Virus record (IMG/VR): IMGVR_UViG_3300046739_000207
Span: 1-45,631 of that record
Reading direction: 5' to 3' (one strand)
Origin: a virus
Length of the DNA stretch: 45,631 bases
The notes below the pieces were generated by a model. That model was given only the letters and a program-made list of their open reading frames with translations. It searched no databases and was not told the DNA's origin. Of the stretch, positions 39,985 to 45,631 are shown one piece after another (position 1 is the stretch's first letter; each line of letters starts with the position of its first letter). The position numbers and the translations under genes are program-made.

Positions 39985-40299
39985 TTAGCGGGCCACAACT
40001 TTCCACGGCTCCGTTCCATTTTTGCGATTGCGGCGAATATCAGCAACCAATGATTTAGCGGCTTCACGCGCTTCTAGAAAAGACTTACCGCCATTCAATT
40101 CATTCTGCTCAGTCCAGTAGTGCTCGGCTAACCGTGGATGGCACATAGGGCAAGGTATTTGCTCTACAGGTTCGTACAACTCGTGATTGTCGCTGCAATT
40201 GTCAGCATCCCATAGATATCCAGCAACGCAGATAGAGTCAGGATATTGCGCTCCGAACTCGTAACCTTGATAGCCGCAGCCTTCTGGTAGCTGTTTCAT
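39985..40299 (-). CDS. Cys-rich hypothetical protein (104 aa)
   Basis: ORF abutting the upstream gene. Confidence 0.5.
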   Translation of the reverse strand: MKQLPEGCGYQGYEFGAQYPDSICVAGYLWDADNCSDNHELYEPVEQIPCPMCHPRLAEHYWTEQNELNGGKSFLEAREAAKSLVADIRRNRKNGTEPWKVVAR

Positions 40300-40911
40300 C
40301 TACTCCTCCTTCTCCGGTTGCCCCACAGCACCAGGGGGCGCGACTAATTGCTTGCGTATTTCGGCTAATCCACAAGTGCATTCCACGTCGCCATCAAACT
40401 GCTTAACTTCGCAAAGTTCTTTGTGCTTCAAGTAAGGCAACAGCTTACTCACGTCTAGCGGCTCCTTCTGAGCAGGGGCCGCGAAGAATTGGGCCGCATC
40501 CGCTATACTTTCTAGCCGATGCGCCGGATGAGTCTGATCGTCACTGCAATACACGTAAATATCGCCACTATAATTGACATATAGAGTCAACTCTGTAGAA
40601 CCACAAATCGGACACTTGGGCGCCGAAGAAGCAGAGGCCGCCCGCAAACTTTCATCACGAACGGCCCCGGCTCGAATTTCTGCCACTGTTTTGTGGAACA
40701 TGAAATCATGCGCCCAGTTCTGCCTATAATCGCAATAGGGGCAAATCCAGCCATTTGGCGTAGCGAATAAGACTCCCTCACGATCAAGGTGGGCGGCGTC
40801 AATGCGATTGCCGCTCCCGCATGTGAAAGGATGCATTCTGCCAAACTGCTGGAAATGATTTAGCGCGTCGGCTTGTTCTTGTGTCCACGGCTTTTCAATT
40901 GTGTCGCTCAT
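40300..40911 (-). CDS. Cys-rich hypothetical protein (203 aa)
   Basis: Contains CPYCDY, CPICGS and ECTCG motifs. Confidence 0.55.
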   Translation of the reverse strand: MSDTIEKPWTQEQADALNHFQQFGRMHPFTCGSGNRIDAAHLDREGVLFATPNGWICPYCDYRQNWAHDFMFHKTVAEIRAGAVRDESLRAASASSAPKCPICGSTELTLYVNYSGDIYVYCSDDQTHPAHRLESIADAAQFFAAPAQKEPLDVSKLLPYLKHKELCEVKQFDGDVECTCGLAEIRKQLVAPPGAVGQPEKEE

Positions 40912-41645
40912 GGTTCCTTCGTCTCCGCGCCGTATCCGTGCTGGCGCTCAAGTCTTATTAGCATTCCTTCTAGTTTCATCCATTCCTGCTTGTTATAGGC
41001 GCGATTATCTACAGCCTTGGTCCAGAGACGATGAAAAAGATGCCAATCAAGCTCCTCCATCTGCGGCGTGGGCGGGGGTGCCGCTTCAGGTTCATTACCA
41101 TGTGAATCAGGACCGCCCCATGGATCACCGAATGTCTCTGGCGTTGTGCTGCTGCCCAAGCGGGAGAGTTCAGCCAACTGACGTTCTGCCTCATCGGCGC
41201 GTTTCTCGGCTTCTTCCGCACGTAGATTAGGTTCAGAGCTATCACACTTCCAATCCTGGCAATAGTTGTCGCGTGGATGTGTATTTTGCTGTAGAGCCTT
41301 CCCGTCTTCCGTTGGCTTACCAAGCCAGTGCGGAGTACCACAATTACCTAGCAACGGGTTGACGCATCGTTTCCTAGTCGTGAGCACAAGAGAATCAATC
41401 TCGTGAGACTTAGGAATTGTCCAGCCGCCTAACTCCCTCACCCAAGCATCGCGGTACATTTGCCAATGATGCTTCCAAGATTTAGCGGCGCCCTCAGCCC
41501 GATCCGCCCGCTCGCTTTCGCTGGCGCTGAAGGCCGCGGCAAATCCAGCAATCCACTCTTCGCTTGGATGGTGCTCGCCAATCTTGTAGCCGTTGTAGGC
41601 AAACTTGCGGACTCTCGCGGCCCGTTCTTGCTGAGTAGTGGTCAT
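40908..41645 (-). CDS. Hypothetical protein (245 aa)
   Basis: 4-nt overlaps on both sides. Confidence 0.55.
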   Translation of the reverse strand: MTTTQQERAARVRKFAYNGYKIGEHHPSEEWIAGFAAAFSASESERADRAEGAAKSWKHHWQMYRDAWVRELGGWTIPKSHEIDSLVLTTRKRCVNPLLGNCGTPHWLGKPTEDGKALQQNTHPRDNYCQDWKCDSSEPNLRAEEAEKRADEAERQLAELSRLGSSTTPETFGDPWGGPDSHGNEPEAAPPPTPQMEELDWHLFHRLWTKAVDNRAYNKQEWMKLEGMLIRLERQHGYGAETKEP

Positions 41646-41890
41646 TCCATTGCCTCCAGTGCATCTGCTAGCTCACGTAACGCTTCTGGCCGCGTCTGGC
41701 CTGTGCCATGAGCAACCCACTTCTTAGCGTCTACGTCGTACGCTTCAGCGATAAACTCCTCGCCGATGTTTGACCAAGCACAGACTACTTCCAGTTCCAT
41801 CTCGTCCGACTTCAACCGGCTCACGGCTTCACCTGCCAAGGCTCGCTCATCAAACTCCGCATCCGCAGCCTCCCCATTCGTGCTTGTCAT
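41642..41890 (-). CDS. Small acidic hypothetical protein (82 aa)
   Basis: ORF. The start is uncertain because it overlaps the upstream stop by 41 nt. Confidence 0.45.
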   Translation of the reverse strand: MTSTNGEAADAEFDERALAGEAVSRLKSDEMELEVVCAWSNIGEEFIAEAYDVDAKKWVAHGTGQTRPEALRELADALEAME

Positions 41891-42608
41891 AGTCGCCAGT
41901 TTCTATCCGCTCCCTGAATGCGGCTAGCGTCATGGGCTTAGTCTTCCCCCCACGGCGATCCCTGAGAATGGACACGTCCTGATCCAAATAATCGCGCACA
42001 TCCTGCTCGTTCTTTTCCCATTGGTCATAGACAGCTGGCCGAATCTGATGCAACAAGGCAAATTGTGCCTGACCCGCCTTAACGCAACCACCGCCGCAGT
42101 TATCGTGCGGGAAGCCATCAATATATGCTTCAGATATTGGCAGTGCCGTGCTGATGGCCTCCCGAATCATGTCGCACTTTGACCAAAATGGAGGATTACA
42201 CATCGGTGCTTCTACCTTCCATGGCTTCCAGCGCTCTATAATCTCGTCTATCCGGCCTTCGTCCCACGAAATGCCAACATACAGAATCGTATCTGCTGGA
42301 TCGCAGTTCTCATTCATCCATTTGCGGCAACGTTCCCGTTTTAGTATCCGAGAGCAAAGATCAACGCGAGTATTGCCCAAGAACTTTTTGTCTTTGAATA
42401 CCTCGAAAGGCGTCCTCCCGTCACACGTAAGCACAAATGGAACGGCTAGCCTAGCCACGGCATGTAGTGCAAAACGATAAAGCCCCGCCGATTCAATCAG
42501 CGTATCTGCAAACAGCAGTGTCACATCCTCACGGCCAAACTGCTCAACCACCCGCACAGCCGCAAAATAAGAGCATAAACCGCCACTGAATTGAACTATT
42601 CGTTTCAA
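41850..42608 (-). CDS. PAPS-reductase-fold PP-loop ATP-pyrophosphatase (DndC/IbrA-like)
   Basis: PP-loop motif IVQFSGGLCSYFAA; C-terminal NCGGGCVKAGQAQFALL. The preferred start is the TTG at 42608, which follows GGAGAGGGAG and overlaps the upstream stop as TTGA. The longest ORF starts at 42716. Confidence 0.6.
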   Translation of the reverse strand: MKRIVQFSGGLCSYFAAVRVVEQFGREDVTLLFADTLIESAGLYRFALHAVARLAVPFVLTCDGRTPFEVFKDKKFLGNTRVDLCSRILKRERCRKWMNENCDPADTILYVGISWDEGRIDEIIERWKPWKVEAPMCNPPFWSKCDMIREAISTALPISEAYIDGFPHDNCGGGCVKAGQAQFALLHQIRPAVYDQWEKNEQDVRDYLDQDVSILRDRRGGKTKPMTLAAFRERIETGDYDKHEWGGCGCGV

Positions 42609-42967
42609 ATCTCCCTCTCCTTTGCTACCTGCCAAGGCTCCAGGCTGGCGGTCTTTTCGTGTAGATTCTTCAGCTTGCTCAGGCTCTGAAGCGGTCCAAG
42701 TATTTTCAAGGCCCATGATGGTTCTGTATCAAAATGTGTAGCGCGAACGAATATCCCGTCCTCAAACGCCTGCAACACTTCCCCGGCAACCTTGGTCAGC
42801 TCCATATCTCGCTGAAGCAAATCGTTCACGGCGAATTGGATTTTCGTGGCCACTTCTTCGCGCACGGAATCAACAGCCCACTTTGTATCGCCTCTGCCCT
42901 GATCGTATGGGTATAGTTCAGCGACCAACTTCTTTGCGGCCTCACTTGCCCGGCTCACTTCGCTCAT
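42605..42967 (-). CDS. Hypothetical protein (120 aa)
   Basis: GAGGAGG SD. Confidence 0.55.
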   Translation of the reverse strand: MSEVSRASEAAKKLVAELYPYDQGRGDTKWAVDSVREEVATKIQFAVNDLLQRDMELTKVAGEVLQAFEDGIFVRATHFDTEPSWALKILGPLQSLSKLKNLHEKTASLEPWQVAKEREI

Positions 42968-43024
42968 CTGGCCTCCTCGGGTGAAGCTTCCATATACTCA
43001 ACTACTCTGTGCGGCTCGCGAGCT

Positions 43025-43270
43025 TCATCCAAGCCAATCACAAACTTGATTAAAAAGAACCCCTGTTTTACTGGATACGATCATCGCTGCTTCTTCATCA
43101 AATGGCCTGCGATCATAAAGATAATTGGCAATCCTACATATCTTCGAGTGAGCATTACAGGCTTTGTTCCAGCGAATAGGATGCAGCACTGGACTCATAT
43201 ATCCGAACAATCCGTGCCGGTGGCCGCCAAAATTGCGCAGCCTATCTGACCGCGATTTATACATTTTCAC
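43025..43270 (-). CDS. Hypothetical protein (81 aa)
   Basis: GGGGAGGG SD. Confidence 0.5.
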   Translation of the reverse strand: MKMYKSRSDRLRNFGGHRHGLFGYMSPVLHPIRWNKACNAHSKICRIANYLYDRRPFDEEAAMIVSSKTGVLFNQVCDWLG

Positions 43271-43327
43271 CCTCCCCTTTTAGCTCAGCCTCGGCTAATG
43301 CTCTCGCTGTTATTTCGTCTATGCGCT

Positions 43328-43564
43328 TCATTGGGTCGCATCCTTTTCTGACCATGGCGATTCTCCGTGTAGCCATTCCTGATTTCCTGTGCGCGGGTTC
43401 ACACGGACCACGTTCTTGTTGCACCTTGAACAACTACCGACTAGCACGCCATTCGATAGGGAGACATTTACCTGTGCTCCTCGGCAACATTTGACATGTG
43501 CGGCATCTTTTACGAGTGCCAATCTTTCCATTCCGCTCCCCTCCAACCGCTTCTTATCGGGCAT
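43328..43564 (-). CDS. Cys-containing hypothetical protein (78 aa)
   Basis: ORF. The start context GCGATGCCCGATAAG recurs inside the upstream gene. Confidence 0.5.
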   Translation of the reverse strand: MPDKKRLEGSGMERLALVKDAAHVKCCRGAQVNVSLSNGVLVGSCSRCNKNVVRVNPRTGNQEWLHGESPWSEKDATQ

Positions 43565-43763
43565 CGCCGGCCTCCAGGTTCGCTATCGTAGCCTGTGCTT
43601 CTTCCTCGCTGGCGCACCATTCGCCAATTTCAACCCAGCCATGATCCGCCCAAGCTCCCGGCTCTCCAGTCCCTTCATGCCGCAGAATGATGAATCCATC
43701 GAATGCTCCCGGCTCGTACTTGTAGCGCTTATCGGGCATCGCGTTTACCGGCTTATCTCCCAT
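43554..43763 (-). CDS. Hypothetical protein (69 aa)
   Basis: AAGGAG SD lies 6 nt upstream of the ATG at 43763. Confidence 0.5.
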   Translation of the reverse strand: MGDKPVNAMPDKRYKYEPGAFDGFIILRHEGTGEPGAWADHGWVEIGEWCASEEEAQATIANLEAGDAR

Positions 43764-43780
43764 GCTCTACTCCTTCGGCC

Positions 43781-43975
43781 TCAGTAGCCGCCCCATTGAC
43801 AATGTAAACAGAGTTCACTGCAACATTTCGCGCATCTGCCATTTGTACAGCGTCTACCTTTCGGCGCTTTCTCGCCGCACTGATTACAGAGTCCCTCTTC
43901 TCTGCATTGCTGGCAGCTTAATTCGTGCGGGAACTCAGTCTGCTCAATAACGTGCACTACAGGCTCTCGGCTCAT
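43781..43975 (-). CDS. Cys-rich small protein (64 aa)
   Basis: Contains CQQC...CNQC...C..GRCAKCC..LCLHC. AAGGAG SD. Confidence 0.5.
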   Translation of the reverse strand: MSREPVVHVIEQTEFPHELSCQQCREEGLCNQCGEKAPKGRRCTNGRCAKCCSELCLHCQWGGY

Positions 43976-44316
43976 TGCTCTACTCCTTCGGCCTTGGCGA
44001 TGGCTGCGTCAAGTGCTTGTTCACGCGCATAGCCGCCATGAAATGGCTTAACCCCATACCTGGAAGCCCATTCATATAATGTTTGACGGAGGTCGGAACG
44101 GAGAGCAATAATTAATTCAAACTGCATCGGAGCGGCTGCGATCAACCTAGCGTTAGCCGCATTCTCTGGTGTGCGCGTATTTGAATTGTTGGCCGTATCA
44201 CAGATATAAACGCCATATTCAGTTACTCCATTAACCTCTTTGCAGGCAGACATCACTCGATACCCGCTCGGCGCGACTTCCCACGGCCCTTCTGTGTGTT
44301 GCCACTCTCGGCTCAT
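43972..44316 (-). CDS. Conserved-looking hypothetical phage protein (114 aa)
   Basis: The TEGPWEV...ANARLIAAAP motif is common in uncharacterised phage early proteins. Confidence 0.55.
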   Translation of the reverse strand: MSREWQHTEGPWEVAPSGYRVMSACKEVNGVTEYGVYICDTANNSNTRTPENAANARLIAAAPMQFELIIALRSDLRQTLYEWASRYGVKPFHGGYAREQALDAAIAKAEGVEQ

Positions 44317-44480
44317 CTCGATTCTCCCCCTTCTGGATCAGCGAATACCTCGTCTTGGCATTTCTGGCACATGCCCGTGATATGGAACTCTCTGCGCGAA
44401 AGCTCATCGCGGAAATGCTGCGGCCCCTCAATTGGCGCTTGGCACCAAGGCACCTGACATTTATCGACTGGTATCGCCAT
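44313..44480 (-). CDS. Small Cys-motif protein (55 aa, below the ORF-track cutoff)
   Basis: GGGGGAGAA SD. Translation MAIPVDKCQVPWCQAPIEGPQHFRDELSRREFHITGMCQKCQDEVFADPEGGESR. ATGA overlap downstream. Confidence 0.45.
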   Translation of the reverse strand: MAIPVDKCQVPWCQAPIEGPQHFRDELSRREFHITGMCQKCQDEVFADPEGGESR

Positions 44481-44760
44481 CTGTCGATTCTCCCCCTTCT
44501 CGGCGGCTCAACTTTTCGATTTCAGCGACTAAGCGCGTGGTCATCCCTGTGGTATCAAGCGATAGGCCCACAGCTAAGCGCTTTTGTATGTAAGGCATAT
44601 CGTGCTTGGCGACCAGAGACATAATCGAATGTGCCTTGCTCTCTAATGTTTTAAGGGCGGCTTCATAGCCAGCGTTATAACCAAGCTCAAGCGCACAGCG
44701 AACCTGAACATCTGTTTCGCCATTTAGTAGCCGTTGAATTGTTTGCTCTCGGTTCGTCAT
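44461..44760 (-). CDS. Hypothetical protein (99 aa)
   Basis: ORF preceded by a G-rich leader and a coupled 17-codon uORF. Confidence 0.5.
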   Translation of the reverse strand: MTNREQTIQRLLNGETDVQVRCALELGYNAGYEAALKTLESKAHSIMSLVAKHDMPYIQKRLAVGLSLDTTGMTTRLVAEIEKLSRREGGESTDGDTSR

Positions 44761-44836
44761 TCCGATCCCTTCCTTCCCCCTCCCGCCCCCTTGCGCTCTT
44801 TAACGGCCATTTCCTTTCCCTCCCTGCGGCCCCCGG

Positions 44837-45109
44837 CTATTCTGCGGCTGGCTTGGGCGTCTCTCTTGGCAATATGGCCGTAATATCTTCAACGGACTTG
44901 GTTAGCCCCTTCAGGTTGCCATCCAGTTCATTCAAATTCTTTGCCATGCCGATTTCGAGACGAATCTGCTCCATCTCCAATGGGAAAATTTCGGCGCGCA
45001 TCTTCATGTGCTGCTCGATAGATTCGCGGTTAAGAACTATCCATTCACGGAAAAGCTGGTTATTCATCTCCAGCGCTTCCGCGATTCTATTCAGTGGATT
45101 TTTAGCCAT
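44837..45109 (-). CDS. Helical hypothetical protein (90 aa)
   Basis: The charged helical translation is far more protein-like than the antisense 144-aa ORF. Confidence 0.55.
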   Translation of the reverse strand: MAKNPLNRIAEALEMNNQLFREWIVLNRESIEQHMKMRAEIFPLEMEQIRLEIGMAKNLNELDGNLKGLTKSVEDITAILPRETPKPAAE

Positions 45110-45153
45110 TTCATCCTCTCCTTCTGAGTCCCTGCGGCCCCGCTTACCGTCCT

Positions 45154-45567
45154 TCAGCTTGACGATTTTTTAGGGCAAGGTTTTCCATTCCCGCCGGCAT
45201 GTCTTTTTTTGTGGCAGTCTGAACAGCTTGCTATTGAGCACTTAGGGCTGAGACAGTCACATTTGTTGGCGCCATGTCTGGTATGGCTCCACTCGGTTGG
45301 AGGGTTTGGGCAACGATAAATGTGGAAGCATCGGCGCCCTTCATTGCACCCCGGCAATGGGCACCTGATGATTTCTTCACAGTAGCGGCCGGCACGTTCA
45401 AATACTTCGGCCCTGCGTTTATCTCTTGCACTGCCATACAAACGAACACGCAGATGTCCGCCTGAACGCTCGGAATGCACAACCCGAGGCTTTGCACGTC
45501 TCTTTGGTATTGGTTTTTGGCGAGAAATCACGGTACAAACCCTTTCAGGTTTGCCGCGAAGGATCAT
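45154..45567 (-). CDS. HNH-type / zinc-finger nuclease-like protein (137 aa), crossing the assembly junction
   Basis: The pattern RAGRYCE...C..PGC...WSHTRHGANKCDC...CSDCHKKRH is an HNH-like Cys/His arrangement. Its first 63 nt lie in the terminal repeat. Confidence 0.4.
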   Translation of the reverse strand: MILRGKPERVCTVISRQKPIPKRRAKPRVVHSERSGGHLRVRLYGSARDKRRAEVFERAGRYCEEIIRCPLPGCNEGRRCFHIYRCPNPPTEWSHTRHGANKCDCLSPKCSIASCSDCHKKRHAGGNGKPCPKKSSS

Positions 45568-45631
45568 TGGTGGGAGGCCGGAGATCCGTGGGTTGTCTAA
45601 AACTTAGTCTTATTTCTCTTTGGCGTCAAGG
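45505..45631. repeat. Second copy of the 127-bp terminal direct repeat
   Basis: Identical to bases 1..127. Confidence 0.95.

Overview
The window is a complete tailed dsDNA phage genome that closes on itself. Bases 1-127 are identical to 45505-45631, leaving 45,504 bp of unique sequence. All protein calls below are made by eye from motifs, gene order and translational coupling. None has been confirmed by an HMM or database search.

Two divergent transcription arms leave a compact switch at about 240-330, formed by two paralogous ribbon-helix-helix (RHH) regulators with interleaved promoters.

**Rightward arm (327-11034, + strand):**
- two tandem ParB/Srx-fold genes, one carrying a DGQHR (DndB-type) motif
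- a roughly 450-bp hairpin-dense, gene-poor region
- a run of tightly coupled micro-genes
- an ERF annealase plus YqaJ exonuclease pair
- a putative replication organiser
- a DPPY DNA methyltransferase and a DUF1064-like nuclease
- an island of membrane and lipoprotein accessory genes

**Leftward arm (- strand, wrapping through the window ends from 240 down to 9337):**
- about 20 small early genes, many Cys-rich, including an HNH-like protein and a PAPS-reductase/DndC-like PP-loop enzyme
- an XRE-HTH multidomain protein and a LuxR-type regulator
- a lysis cassette: DUF5675-like enzyme, holin-like protein, lipoprotein
- TerS and TerL
- an unusual ~5-kb block between TerL and the portal, holding two signal-peptide-bearing fibre/spike-like proteins and a His-rich protein
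- portal, scaffold and capsid
- podovirus-like tail and ejection proteins, with an embedded GNAT-like gene
- a tail fibre

I could not find an integrase, transposase, ParA, polymerase, reverse transcriptase, CRISPR array or convincing tRNA.

The best candidates for something new are:
1. a split ParB/DGQHR + PAPS-reductase + methyltransferase gene set, possibly a DNA-modification or anti-defence system
2. the structured non-coding region next to the ParB genes
3. the 21-bp perfect direct repeats that bracket the switch-ParB cassette
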